Shown: positions 18,344 to 30,676, numbered from the stretch's first letter. The stretch: 64,000 nucleotides of DNA from Dehalococcoidia bacterium (GCA_011174795.1 DUEY01000001.1:47264-111263); one strand, 5' to 3'. The notes: generated by a model not told the origin, from the sequence alone. A program made the numbers and translations.

Positions 18344-19615
18344 ATGAGCCGTAGGGCGCCAAAACTGGCGAGGGGCGTAGCACTTGTGGGTGCCGGGATG
18401 TCTAAGTTCGGCGCTTTTGCCGATAAGACCAGTCGCGATTTGTTCGTGGAAGCATTCGCTGCAATGGCTAAATCGGTGGACAAAGGATTGGACACAAAGG
18501 ATATCGAAGCCCTCTATGTCGGAAACTTCTCCAGCGATCTCTTCGAAGGACAGGGGCACATCGCACCAATCATGGCCGACTGGGTGGGTCTAGTCCCCAG
18601 ACCAGCCACCAGAGTGGAGGATGCCTGCGCAGCAAGCGGTGTCGCTTTGAGGGAAGGTATCATCGCCGTTGCCTCCGGGCTCTACGATATCGTCCTAGTC
18701 AGCGGGACTGAGAAGATGACTAACCTGCCTACAGAAAGGGTAACGGATACCCTAGCTGCTGCCAGCGACGCTGTCTATGAGGCTTCGTGCGGCTTCACCT
18801 TTCCCGCGCTGTACGCAGCTATCGCAACCGCATATATGGCGAAGTATGGCGCTACTGTGGAGCATTTTATGAAAGTTGCTATTAAAAACCACAACAACGG
18901 GGCACTGAACCCGAAGGCACAGTTCAACAAATCAATCAAAGACCTGATGAATGCCCGGATCGAGAAGGCAAAACAAAAAGGTGAACCGTTGCCCGAATGG
19001 CGCGATGAGCTTGACTTCCTCAAAGACCCCCGGGCAAATCCTGTGGTTGCCTGGCCGATGAGGCTATTCGACTGCTCTCCCATAACCGATGGCGCTGCCT
19101 GTCTGCTCATCGTCGCTGAAGACCTGGCCAAGAGTTTTTCCAACAACCCCCTCTACATCATCGGCACAGGACAGGGCAGCGACCATGCCCTGCATGAAAG
19201 GGAAGACCTTACCACTATCGGATCAGCCAGGGCTGCAGCACAAATGGCCTTTGAAATGGCAGGGGTCAAACCCGAAGATATCCAGATCGCCGAGGTGCAC
19301 GACTGTTTCACCATCGCCGAGATAGTGGCTACCGAGGACATCGGGTTCTTCAAGCCCGGAGAAGGCTACAAAGCAGCCGAAAAAGGGGTCACGGCCCGCG
19401 ATGGGGCGAAACCAATCAATACCTCCGGCGGGCTCAAATCCAAGGGGCACCCCGTGGGCGCTTCCGGAGCAGGTCAGGTAGTAGAGATATGGACTCAGAT
19501 GAGAGGCGAAGCGGGACCAAGACAGGTTCCGGGAATGGACATTCAACTTGCGTTAACGCATAACCTCGGAGCCACCGGCGGCACCTGCACGGTTCACATT
19601 TTTCAGAGGAGGTAA
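18344..19615 (+). CDS. Thiolase-fold protein, SCP-x/archaeal type (thiolase 1)
   Basis: 423 aa; AAAGGAGG RBS. Nucleophile region RVEDACAASG, EVHDCFTIAE, GGLKSKGHPVGASG. Confidence 0.85.
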   Translation: MSRRAPKLARGVALVGAGMSKFGAFADKTSRDLFVEAFAAMAKSVDKGLDTKDIEALYVGNFSSDLFEGQGHIAPIMADWVGLVPRPATRVEDACAASGVALREGIIAVASGLYDIVLVSGTEKMTNLPTERVTDTLAAASDAVYEASCGFTFPALYAAIATAYMAKYGATVEHFMKVAIKNHNNGALNPKAQFNKSIKDLMNARIEKAKQKGEPLPEWRDELDFLKDPRANPVVAWPMRLFDCSPITDGAACLLIVAEDLAKSFSNNPLYIIGTGQGSDHALHEREDLTTIGSARAAAQMAFEMAGVKPEDIQIAEVHDCFTIAEIVATEDIGFFKPGEGYKAAEKGVTARDGAKPINTSGGLKSKGHPVGASGAGQVVEIWTQMRGEAGPRQVPGMDIQLALTHNLGATGGTCTVHIFQRR

Positions 19616-19618
19616 CCC

Positions 19619-20032
19619 TTGACTGCGGAAAGAGAATTCAACAGCGCTTCATTCTACCAGTTTCTCTCCGAGAAGAAGCTCATGGCTGCAAGGTGCAAGA
19701 AGTGCCATTCATTATATCTACCTCCCCACCCCCTATGCATTCAATGCCACGGAACCGACATGGAATGGGTGGAGATGAAGGGCAACGGCAAACTCGCTGC
19801 CTTTACTGCCATCTCAGTGGGACCCAGTTTCACACTCGATGAAGGATATGATAGGGACAATCCCTACCTGGTAGGAATCGTAGAACTGGACGAGGGGCCT
19901 AAGGTAAGCGGTCGGATACAGGGGCTTGACCCTAAGAAACCAGAGGATATCAAAGTCGGAACTCCCGTCACTGTGGAGTTTCTCGAGCCGGAGGAAGGTA
20001 AAAGGTGCTATATAGCTTTTAAAGCTATATAG
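19619..20032 (+). CDS. DUF35 Zn-ribbon/OB-fold protein (thiolase scaffold family)
   Basis: TTG start 7 nt after GGAGG; 137 aa. CKKCHSLYLPPHPLCIQCH zinc ribbon followed by an OB-fold region (GKLAAFT...VGIVELDEGPKVSGRI). Confidence 0.85.
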   Translation: MTAEREFNSASFYQFLSEKKLMAARCKKCHSLYLPPHPLCIQCHGTDMEWVEMKGNGKLAAFTAISVGPSFTLDEGYDRDNPYLVGIVELDEGPKVSGRIQGLDPKKPEDIKVGTPVTVEFLEPEEGKRCYIAFKAI

Positions 20033-20076
20033 CACGTATAGAAAAGCGAATTTAGAGTTCAATTAAGGGGGGAAAG

Positions 20077-21504
20077 GTGGCAGGAATAGCATCATATGGC
20101 GCCTATATTCCCATATGGAGGATGAGCAGAGACGAGATAGCGAAGTCCATAGGTAGCGCATCCATGAGAGGGGAAAGAGCAGTTGCCTCATGGGATGAGG
20201 ACAGTCTGACAATGGGAGTGGAGGCGGGGCAAGATTGCCTGACAAACAGAGAGCCGAAAGAGATAGACGGTCTTTATTTCGCCACCGTTTCCTCCCCTTT
20301 CAAAGAAAAGCAAGCGGCTTCACTGATTGCCTCCGCCCTTGACCTCAGAAAGGATGTATATACCTCTGACTTCACTGGCTCGTTGAGAGCAGGAACACTG
20401 GCAGTAAAAGCCGCCTGCGACGCTATAGAAGCGGGGACTATGAAAAGTGTTCTGGTCATCGCCGCTGATGCCAGGAAAGCTGCGCCACGATCCGATGCCG
20501 AGCAAACATACGGCGATGGAGCAGTAGCACTTCTAATAGGTAAGGAGGGTTCAATCGCGGAGATAGAAGGCTTCTCCACTCTCGTAGACCCTATACCGGG
20601 GTCATGGAAGCGGGAAGAGGACATATATCCCAAGGTATTCGATATAAGGCTGGATACAAGGTTTGGAGTCTTGAAGGATATTCCACAGACTGTGAGCGCC
20701 CTTATAGAAAAACAAAATATCAAAGCAGAAGACGTCTCCAATTTCGCGCTCTATGCTCCTGACCCGAGAAGTCATAAAGCCATCGCCGGTCCACTGAAGA
20801 TAGACCCCAAGACACAGATGCAAGAACTCCTGTTTCAGGACATTGGTGTAACCGGCGTAGCGCACTGCTTGCTGCTCCTGATAGCGGCACTTGAGCAAGC
20901 CAAGCCACATCAAAGGATTATATGTGCCAGCTATGGCGAAGGAAGCGACGCGCTCTTGATTAAAACCACTGCAGAAGTGGAACAGGAGAGCGTAAAGCAT
21001 AGGGGCACAAGTTATATAACCTCAAAGAGAATACTGCCATCATATGGAAGCTTCCTGAGCTATAAAAAGGAGATAGCTGTCGGCTGGCCGGAGTGGGAGA
21101 GAAGCTCAATGGTCAAATACTGGAGAGACGAGGACTGGCTCCTCCCCCTATACGGCATGAAATGCAATAAATGCGGAACGCTCCAGTACCCCGTAAGCAG
21201 AATCTGTACAATCTGTGGAGAGAGAGATAATTACGAGAAGGTAAAGCTAGCCAGAAAAGGAAAAGTCTTCACTTATACCCACGACTACTTGCTGGGGCCC
21301 GGGAATTACCCGAGTGACGGCATTACCCCGGCCACAAGGCTGCTCATAGAACTCGAAGACGGATGCCGAATATGGCTGGAGATGACTGATCATGATATCC
21401 AAGAGGTAGATGTGGACATGCCGGTAGAACTAACTTTCAGATTACTTCACCAGAAGAGTGACTTCCGTTTCTATGGATGGCGAGCGAGACCCCTGAGAGC
21501 ATGA
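20077..21504 (+). CDS. HMG-CoA-synthase-like domain fused to a C-terminal DUF35 domain; catalytic residues apparently substituted
   Basis: GTG start; 475 aa. The N-terminus MAGIASYGAYIP resembles archaeal HMGCS. The expected Glu/Cys/His positions read ATVSSPF / GSLRAGT / LYAPD. The C-terminus has CNKCGTLQYPVSRICTICG plus an OB fold. Confidence 0.7.
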   Translation: MAGIASYGAYIPIWRMSRDEIAKSIGSASMRGERAVASWDEDSLTMGVEAGQDCLTNREPKEIDGLYFATVSSPFKEKQAASLIASALDLRKDVYTSDFTGSLRAGTLAVKAACDAIEAGTMKSVLVIAADARKAAPRSDAEQTYGDGAVALLIGKEGSIAEIEGFSTLVDPIPGSWKREEDIYPKVFDIRLDTRFGVLKDIPQTVSALIEKQNIKAEDVSNFALYAPDPRSHKAIAGPLKIDPKTQMQELLFQDIGVTGVAHCLLLLIAALEQAKPHQRIICASYGEGSDALLIKTTAEVEQESVKHRGTSYITSKRILPSYGSFLSYKKEIAVGWPEWERSSMVKYWRDEDWLLPLYGMKCNKCGTLQYPVSRICTICGERDNYEKVKLARKGKVFTYTHDYLLGPGNYPSDGITPATRLLIELEDGCRIWLEMTDHDIQEVDVDMPVELTFRLLHQKSDFRFYGWRARPLRA

Positions 21505-21525
21505 GTATGAATCGGGAGGAGAGTA

Positions 21526-22713
21526 ATGCAGGAGAGCATAAGAGATAAAGTAGCCATAATCGGTACAGGGGTCACGAAATTCGGGGAACACTGGGAAGAA
21601 AGTGCAGGCGATATGCTTATCGATGCTGTATATGAAGCCTGTCAGGAAGCCAACGTAGACCTCAAGAAAGATATCGACGCGGCATGGGTCGCTACACTTT
21701 ATGATTTTTCCGGCATGTCGGGATGGGCGCTGGCCGAGCCACTGAGGTTTTATGGCAAACCGGTGACAAGGGTAGAAAATCAATGCGCGTCGGGCATGGA
21801 TGCGGTCAGAAACGCTGCATATGCCCTTGCCGCCCATAAATACGATATAGTTATCGCTTGTGGTATAGAGAAGGTCTTCGATCAGGGCGGCAGAGGCTTA
21901 TCACAAGATATACTGTACTGGCATCCCTCGCTTGCCTGGCAAGCCGCACCCGCCTATTTCGCCCCCTGTGCAATTCGAGCATTCAGGGAATGGGGCTGGA
22001 CTCGTGAAGACCTGGCCCGGGTCGCTGTCAAGAATCATCAAAACGGGGCAAAGCATCCCAAAGCTCACTTCAGACGAGAGATAACCATAGAGACAGTATT
22101 AAATGCGCCTGTCGTTGCTTATCCCCTCACCCTTTTTGATTGCTGTGCTCTATCCGAAGGGGCCGCCGCTGTTGTGCTGACAAGACCCGATAGGGCGAAA
22201 AGCCTAGTAGGAGACAACTATGCCACAATAAAAGCGCTTGCTATGACTGTGGAAACTCAATGGCCATTTTTTAGACCTGATTGGACTGGACTCAGCTTTC
22301 CTGCAACAGTAAAAGCAACCGAAGATGCCTATGAAGAGGCAGGGGTAAAAGACCCCCGAAAAGAACTGGACTTCGGAATAGTGCATGACTGCTTCACCAT
22401 TACTGAGTTGATGACCTATCAGGACATGAAGTTGTGCAAACCTGGGGAGGCCGCAGAGCTCATTGGAGCAGGAGTTACAGCAATCGATGGCGAGTTTCCC
22501 ATAAATCCCGATGGCGGGCTCAAATGCTTCGGGCATCCCGTCGGCGCTACTGGAGTGAGAATGATAGCTGAGCTTACCAAACAGGTTTTGGGTAGAGCGG
22601 AAGGCTGCCAGGTGAAAGATGCTAAAGCGGGATTCGCTCACAATCTAGGAGGGCCACAAGCCATCGCCGCTGTTGGTATAGTTGGCACCCCGGAATGGAC
22701 ACCGGGAGGCTAA
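21526..22713 (+). CDS. Thiolase-fold protein, SCP-x/archaeal type (thiolase 2)
   Basis: 395 aa. RVENQCASGMDA, IVHDCFTITE, GGLKCFGHPVGATG. Confidence 0.85.
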   Translation: MQESIRDKVAIIGTGVTKFGEHWEESAGDMLIDAVYEACQEANVDLKKDIDAAWVATLYDFSGMSGWALAEPLRFYGKPVTRVENQCASGMDAVRNAAYALAAHKYDIVIACGIEKVFDQGGRGLSQDILYWHPSLAWQAAPAYFAPCAIRAFREWGWTREDLARVAVKNHQNGAKHPKAHFRREITIETVLNAPVVAYPLTLFDCCALSEGAAAVVLTRPDRAKSLVGDNYATIKALAMTVETQWPFFRPDWTGLSFPATVKATEDAYEEAGVKDPRKELDFGIVHDCFTITELMTYQDMKLCKPGEAAELIGAGVTAIDGEFPINPDGGLKCFGHPVGATGVRMIAELTKQVLGRAEGCQVKDAKAGFAHNLGGPQAIAAVGIVGTPEWTPGG

Positions 22714-22753
22714 CTACAACAGGCTATATATAAAAAATTCATGGTAGGTGAAC

Positions 22754-22858
22754 GTGAATAAAACAAAGCGAATAGCGCAACTCAAGCACCGCCGTAAACG
22801 CAAGAAGATGGAAGAACGAAAGAAGACGGAAAAGACAGAGCAGCAAGGCGGTAAGTAA
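22754..22858 (+). CDS. Candidate small ORF encoding a 34-aa highly basic peptide
   Basis: GTG 22754 after AGGTG. Translation (M)NKTKRIAQLKHRRKRKKMEERKKTEKTEQQGGK*. Below the ORF-track length cut-off; fills an otherwise empty 160-nt gap. Confidence 0.3.
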   Translation: MNKTKRIAQLKHRRKRKKMEERKKTEKTEQQGGK

Positions 22859-22893
22859 ATGCAAGCTCAGCTTTGGGTAGGGGCAGGGCTACG

Positions 22894-23904
22894 ATGCCAG
22901 CGCTATCAGCGCTCATAGAGGCGCTATCAACCCCGAAAGCATATCCCCATAGCCCTCAGGAAGTCAAACTGGTGCAAACTCAGATCTCAGTTGTCTTCCT
23001 TGCCGGCGATTACGTCTACAAGGTGAAGAAACCGGTGGACTTTGGCTTCCTCGACTTCACCACGCTGGAAAAACGCCTCTACTACTGCCAGCAGGAGGTG
23101 ACGCTTAACAGGCGTCTCTGCCCCGATGCTTACCTGGGCGTGGTGGCTATAACAAAGGAAGGTGATACGATTTCAGTTGAAGGTAGCGGCACAGAGGTTG
23201 AATACGCGGTGAAGATGCGTCCCCTGCCCCACCAGAGGATGATGGACGTCCTACTGCATAATAACGAGATAACAACCGAAATGCTCGAGCGAGTGGCAGT
23301 TAAGCTGGCCAATTTCCACCGTGAAGCGGAATTAAGCAAGCAACAGGCGGCCATCGGCGGTCTCGATACAGTGACCTTCAACATCGAGGAAAACTTCGAA
23401 CAGACCAAGGATTATGTCAATAAAACCATCACCACGGAGCAATATGAAACAATAAAGAATTACAGCTATGCCTTCCTTAAAGAAAACGCTGGCCTGTTTT
23501 CAAAGAGAGTAAAGGATAGCAGGATACGTGATTGCCATGGCGACCTACATGCTGCACACATCTGCTTCAACGACGGTCTGTGTATTTACGATTGCATCGA
23601 GTTCAGCGACAGGTTCAGATATATCGATGTCGCCAGCGAAGTCGCCTTTCTGGCTATGGATCTGGACTTTCACGGACATCCTGACCTGGCAAAAAAATTC
23701 ATTGAATACTACGTCAAGGCATCCGGTGATGAGGAACTACTCAGGCTGCTCAATTTCTACAAATGCTACCGGGCATATGTCCGGGGGAAGGTAGAAGGCT
23801 TTAAGCTGGAAGACCCACATATCTCAGAGGAAGAGAAGTCCAGAACCCTAACAATTGCCAGAAGGTATTTCGAGCTTGCTGAATCCTATACGTCTAGCAG
23901 TTGA
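22894..23904 (+). CDS. Aminoglycoside-phosphotransferase-like (APH/kinase fold) protein, COG2187 N-terminal-module type
   Basis: ORF 22873-23904 (TTG) or ATG 22894. YVYKVKKPV, CHGDLHAAHI (catalytic loop) and IYDCIEF motifs of the APH fold. Confidence 0.7.
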   Translation: MPALSALIEALSTPKAYPHSPQEVKLVQTQISVVFLAGDYVYKVKKPVDFGFLDFTTLEKRLYYCQQEVTLNRRLCPDAYLGVVAITKEGDTISVEGSGTEVEYAVKMRPLPHQRMMDVLLHNNEITTEMLERVAVKLANFHREAELSKQQAAIGGLDTVTFNIEENFEQTKDYVNKTITTEQYETIKNYSYAFLKENAGLFSKRVKDSRIRDCHGDLHAAHICFNDGLCIYDCIEFSDRFRYIDVASEVAFLAMDLDFHGHPDLAKKFIEYYVKASGDEELLRLLNFYKCYRAYVRGKVEGFKLEDPHISEEEKSRTLTIARRYFELAESYTSSS

Positions 23905-24021
23905 CTGCCCTCCTGAGCAAGATTCATAACTACGCGCAGAATGACATATCAAGGAAGATGCTATATAATGGCGCATAATAACCTGTATTGTAATCTGTTC
24001 GTAAGTTCTTCGTGATGTTAC

Positions 24022-24050
24022 TTGATAAATTCCTAATCCCCTCGTAATAT
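24022..24050 (+). promoter_or_regulatory. Putative sigma-70-type promoter
   Basis: TTGATA (24022-24027), 17-nt spacer, TAATAT (24045-24050), 40 nt upstream of the TTG start at 24091. Confidence 0.4.
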
Positions 24051-24090
24051 TATGTTAATATAATTTCTAACCATGTAGAGAGGTACCGGA

Positions 24091-24689
24091 TTGAAAGAGC
24101 CGTTTGCTAAATTCATAGAATCCGAGTTAGGCCCTGATGTCTTACTTATCACCTGCGGACTTCCCGGCACCTGGAAGACCGAGACAAGCGAGGAGGTAGC
24201 GAAAATCAAGGGTTACCCTATTGTGCGAAGTGATCTGGTCAGGAGAGAGGTGCTGAAGAATGAGGACATATTCGATGAAAAGGTAGCCTCGAATATGGAC
24301 AAGAGAATGCTGGTCTACGATGAGACCTTCCGTCAGGCTGACGAGAGCCTGAGCAAGGGCAACGGCACGATAATCGATGCTACCTTCATAACACAATCAC
24401 TGAGACAACGTGCTGCCCAGATAGCAGCCAGACAAAACAAAACGCTCGTTATTATGCAAACGAGTTGCCCGAGAGAGGTATCGATCGAACGGATATTGAG
24501 ACGGACGAAAGAGAACTACGAATCGAACGCCCTGACTGAGCAGGCATATATCAATAACGAGAAGAAGTTCGAAAAGGTCGACCTTGATGCCCTTAAACGG
24601 TCGAACCCCAGCCTTGACATCATCCACCTTATAGTCGATACTCAGTACGACCCGCCAGAGGATTGGTATATCATTGGCATGGAAAAGCG

Positions 24690-24693
<4 letters not shown>
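24091..24693 (+). CDS. AAA_33-like P-loop kinase-fold protein with atypical Walker A
   Basis: TTG start after GAGAGG; 200 aa. The Walker A region reads GLPGTWKT (Trp where GxxxxGK[ST] requires Gly). VRSDLVRRE motif follows. Confidence 0.6.
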
Positions 24694-26878
<2,185 letters not shown>

Positions 26879-26894
26879 TAAAAAGGAGTGACTG

Positions 26895-28121
26895 ATGCCA
26901 AGCACTTTCATGAGTTCACCTTCACTATTTTTAACCTCCGAATCTGTTACCGAGGGGCATCCCGACAAGCTCTGTGATTTGATTTCAGACGCTGTCCTGG
27001 ACTCTATACTGGCCAAGGACCCGATGGCCAGGGTAGCCTGTGAAACTATGGCCACCACTGGCCTGGTTGTTGTAATGGGAGAGATAACCACCGATTGCTA
27101 TGTTGAGATCCCCCAGATCGTTCGGGACACGGTTTGCGAGATAGGCTATACCCGTGCCAAGTATGGCTTTGACTGCGAGACCTGCGGCGTCATCGTTTCT
27201 ATTAAGGAGCAGTCGCCAGATATCGCTATGGGTGTAGACCACTCGATGGAGACGCGGGAGAAGGAAGCCAACACAAATGAGAAAGAGACCCTTGGTGCCG
27301 GCGATCAGGGGATGATGGTAGGGTTTGCCTGCAACGAGACCCCTGAACTCATGCCGTTGACGATTTCGCTTGCTCACAAGCTCTGTCAACGGCTGGCCCA
27401 TGTGAGAAAGGATGGCACCCTTCCCTACCTTCGCCCGGATGGAAAGTCCCAGGTAACCGTCGAGTATAGCTACGGTGTCCCTAAGCGGGTGGATACTGTA
27501 GTCATTGGCGCCCAGCACAACGAGACAATAAGCAACGATGTCATACACCGGGATTTAATGGAGCTAGTAATAGAGAAGGTAATCCCCCACCATCTTCTGG
27601 ATAAAAAAACTAAATACCACATTAACGCCACGGGGCGCTTCGTAGTCGGTGGGCCGATGGGAGATACGGGGCTAACCGGGCGCAAGATATTGGTCGACAC
27701 CTACGGAGGCATTGCCAGACACGGCGGCGGCGCTTTCTCAGGAAAAGACCCCACCAAAGTAGACCGTTCTGCCGCCTATGCCGCCCGCTACGCAGCAAAG
27801 AACATTGTCGCTGCCGGTCTCGCCGACCGCCTGGAACTCCAATTGTCCTATGCCATCGGGATAGCCCATCCCCTCTCCATATCTATCGAAACCTTCGACA
27901 CCGCTCAGGTAGATGAGGAGGTTATTCTTAAGCTGCTCAAGAAGCACTTCGACTTCCGTCCCGGCGCTATAATTGAGTCGCTGAAGCTGCGTCGCCCTAT
28001 CTACAAACAAACAGCTGCCTACGGACATTTCGGCCGTGACGATCTCGACCTTCCCTGGGAACGCACCGACAAGGCAGCAAAGCTAAGAAAAGAGGCCGGA
28101 CTAGGCCCTGACGAGGAGTAG
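26895..28121 (+). CDS. metK: S-adenosylmethionine synthetase
   Basis: 408 aa. [40 protein letters not shown]. Confidence 0.97.
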   Translation: MPSTFMSSPSLFLTSESVTEGHPDKLCDLISDAVLDSILAKDPMARVACETMATTGLVVVMGEITTDCYVEIPQIVRDTVCEIGYTRAKYGFDCETCGVIVSIKEQSPDIAMGVDHSMETREKEANTNEKETLGAGDQGMMVGFACNETPELMPLTISLAHKLCQRLAHVRKDGTLPYLRPDGKSQVTVEYSYGVPKRVDTVVIGAQHNETISNDVIHRDLMELVIEKVIPHHLLDKKTKYHINATGRFVVGGPMGDTGLTGRKILVDTYGGIARHGGGAFSGKDPTKVDRSAAYAARYAAKNIVAAGLADRLELQLSYAIGIAHPLSISIETFDTAQVDEEVILKLLKKHFDFRPGAIIESLKLRRPIYKQTAAYGHFGRDDLDLPWERTDKAAKLRKEAGLGPDEE

Positions 28122-28123
28122 AA

Positions 28124-29236
28124 ATGCAGGCAATTATTCTCGTCGGCGGGGAAGGATTGCGGCTTCGTCCCCTCACCTGTAACATACCCAAACCAATGGT
28201 CCCCGTCGTCAACAAACCCTTCCTGGAGCACATGTTTGATAATCTCAAAAAACACAATATCAACGAGATTATACTCGCCATCTGCTACCTTCCCGACCAT
28301 ATTAAGCGTCATTTCGGTGATGGCGGCGATTTCGGAATAACCCTAACTTATGCAGTTGAGAAATCCCCGCTGGGAACCGGTGGGGCAGTCAAGAACGCAG
28401 AGGGCTTGCTGGACGACACCTTCGTAGTCTTCAACGGCGACATATTCACCGACCTCGACCTGACCAGCATGATAGCGTATCACAAGGAGAAGAAAGCCAA
28501 AGCCACTATCGCTCTCACTCCGGTTGAGGATCCCACTGCGTACGGAGTAGTCGAACTCAACCCGCAGAGTAAGGTTAAGTGCTTCATCGAAAAGCCAAGC
28601 TGGGAACGTGTAACCACTAATCTCATCAACGCGGGCACTTATGTCCTCGAACCGGAGGTGCTGGACCTTATTCCGTCCGACACCTATTGTATGCTGGAGC
28701 GCGGGCTTTTCCCCGACATGGTTGAGCAAGGAGTCCCTTTCTACGGTTATCCCTCAAACGCGTACTGGATCGACATCGGCAACCCCGCAGACTACCTGAA
28801 GTTGCACCATGACATACTCATGGGCAAAGCTATGGCACGCTTTCCCGGCAAATCGATGGCAGATGACATATGGACAGAATCAGGCTGCAACATCCATCCT
28901 GCAGCCAAGATTATTGGTCCATTGGTCATCGGCAGGGATTGCACAATAGAAAAAGGTGTAAGAATTTCGGGCCCATGCGTTATCGGCGACAAGTGCATAG
29001 TAAGACATGGGGCTACTATCGATGAGGCCATACTCTGGCAAAATGTGAAGCTTGGTAAGGATACAACTATTAGAAACAGCGTTATCGGCAATAACAGCGT
29101 TATCGGCGACAGTACGTGGATTACAGACAGCTCGATTGTCAGCGACGACAGCCGTATCGGCAGCGGTAACAAGCTGGAGCATGGCATAAGAATCTGGCCC
29201 GGGAGCATTATCGAAGATAACGCCATCTCATTCTAA
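28124..29236 (+). CDS. NDP-sugar pyrophosphorylase (mannose-1-phosphate guanylyltransferase-like) with C-terminal left-handed beta-helix
   Basis: MQAIILVGGEGLRLRPLT nucleotidyl-transferase motif. The C-terminal hexapeptide repeats are also visible as DNA repeats around 29080-29170. Confidence 0.8.
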   Translation: MQAIILVGGEGLRLRPLTCNIPKPMVPVVNKPFLEHMFDNLKKHNINEIILAICYLPDHIKRHFGDGGDFGITLTYAVEKSPLGTGGAVKNAEGLLDDTFVVFNGDIFTDLDLTSMIAYHKEKKAKATIALTPVEDPTAYGVVELNPQSKVKCFIEKPSWERVTTNLINAGTYVLEPEVLDLIPSDTYCMLERGLFPDMVEQGVPFYGYPSNAYWIDIGNPADYLKLHHDILMGKAMARFPGKSMADDIWTESGCNIHPAAKIIGPLVIGRDCTIEKGVRISGPCVIGDKCIVRHGATIDEAILWQNVKLGKDTTIRNSVIGNNSVIGDSTWITDSSIVSDDSRIGSGNKLEHGIRIWPGSIIEDNAISF

Positions 29237-29248
29237 AGTAAAAACGTA

Positions 29249-30673
29249 ATGCAACCAACGATCAAATTCGGCACCGACGGATGGCGCGGCATTATCGCCG
29301 AGGATTTCACATTCGACAATGTGCGCGCCTGCGCTCAAGGGGTTGCGAACTACCTGCTGGGGCGCGGTATCGCATCACAGGGTTTACTAGTAGGATATGA
29401 CACCAGATTCGCCTCAGAGGACTTTGCCGCTGCCGTTGCAGAGGTGGTCGCCGCCAACGGAATTAAAGTATATCTCAACTCGGAGCCAGCCCCTACCCCC
29501 GTGATAAGCTACGCCATTGTGGTAAAAAAAGCAGCAGGGGCAGTGATCATTACCGCCAGCCACAATCCCGCCAGGTGGAACGGATTTAAATATAAACCCG
29601 AGTATGCCGGCAGCGCGTCCCCCGAAGTAACCGCTGAACTTGAGAGGCATATCCATCAAGTGCTAAAAGAGGAGGAGACCAAGCGCCTTCCCTTGAATGA
29701 AGGTAGAGCACAGGGATTGGTCGAGTATTACGACCCGAAACCCGCATACCTAAACCATATAGCTGAACTCGTTGACCTCGAGCGTATACGCAAGGCAGGA
29801 TTGAAGGTAGCTGTAGATCCCATGCATGGGAGCGGAGCTGGTTACCTCAAAGAATTACTTTCCGGTGACCGTACCAAGGTTATCGAAATAAATGCCGAAC
29901 GCAACCCGCTATTTCCCGGCATACAACCTGAGCCTATTGCTCAAAACCTGACCAAACTCGCCGACATCATTCTAGAGAATAAAGCTGATATAGGATTAGC
30001 AACAGACGGCGATGCCGACCGTATTGGCCCTCTGGATGAAAAGGGCCTGTTCATTACACCGCTTCAGGTATTCGGCCTGCTCGCGCTTTACCTGCTGGAG
30101 GTGCGTGGAGAACGTGGAACAATCGTTAAATCCATCACCACAACGAATATGGTCTACCGCCTGGGCGAGCTATTTTCAGTACGCGTATGTGAAATGCCCG
30201 TCGGCTTCAAGTACATCGGCCCACAGATGATCACTGAAAACGCACTGATCGGGGGCGAGGAGAGCGGTGGCTTCGGCTTCAGGGGACATATTCCCGAGCG
30301 CGATGGCATCCTGTCAGGCCTCTACTTACTCGACCTGATGGTCAGGACAAAGAAAAAGCCCTCAAAGCTAATCAAGTACCTTTATGACAAGGTGGGGCCA
30401 CACCATTATGCACGAACAGATTTTCACTTCCCGGAGGCGAAACGAGAGGAAATCGCGCGTCGCCTGAGTCAACTCAAGCCGGAGCAGATAGATAATACCG
30501 CCGTGACCGGTATCGATACTACTGACGGTTTCCGCTTCCGTCTCGGCGATGGAAGCTGGCTTCTCATCCGGCTTTCAGGAACTGAACCACTCCTACGTAT
30601 ATATTCCGAAAGCGACTCCATGGAACATGTAGAAAGGCTGCTCCAGGCAGGCAGACTACTGGCTGGGATTTAA
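29249..30673 (+). CDS. Phosphomannomutase/phosphoglucomutase
   Basis: 474 aa. FGTDGWRG, TASHNP (phosphoserine loop), DGDADR (Mg site), GEESGG. Confidence 0.9.
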   Translation: MQPTIKFGTDGWRGIIAEDFTFDNVRACAQGVANYLLGRGIASQGLLVGYDTRFASEDFAAAVAEVVAANGIKVYLNSEPAPTPVISYAIVVKKAAGAVIITASHNPARWNGFKYKPEYAGSASPEVTAELERHIHQVLKEEETKRLPLNEGRAQGLVEYYDPKPAYLNHIAELVDLERIRKAGLKVAVDPMHGSGAGYLKELLSGDRTKVIEINAERNPLFPGIQPEPIAQNLTKLADIILENKADIGLATDGDADRIGPLDEKGLFITPLQVFGLLALYLLEVRGERGTIVKSITTTNMVYRLGELFSVRVCEMPVGFKYIGPQMITENALIGGEESGGFGFRGHIPERDGILSGLYLLDLMVRTKKKPSKLIKYLYDKVGPHHYARTDFHFPEAKREEIARRLSQLKPEQIDNTAVTGIDTTDGFRFRLGDGSWLLIRLSGTEPLLRIYSESDSMEHVERLLQAGRLLAGI

Positions 30674-30676
30674 ACA

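Noticed and set aside
29080-29170. Short tandem-like DNA repeats (gttatcggcaataacagcgttatcggcgac...)
   Set aside because: They encode the hexapeptide repeats of the left-handed beta-helix domain of the NDP-sugar pyrophosphorylase. They are not a non-coding repeat or CRISPR-like array.
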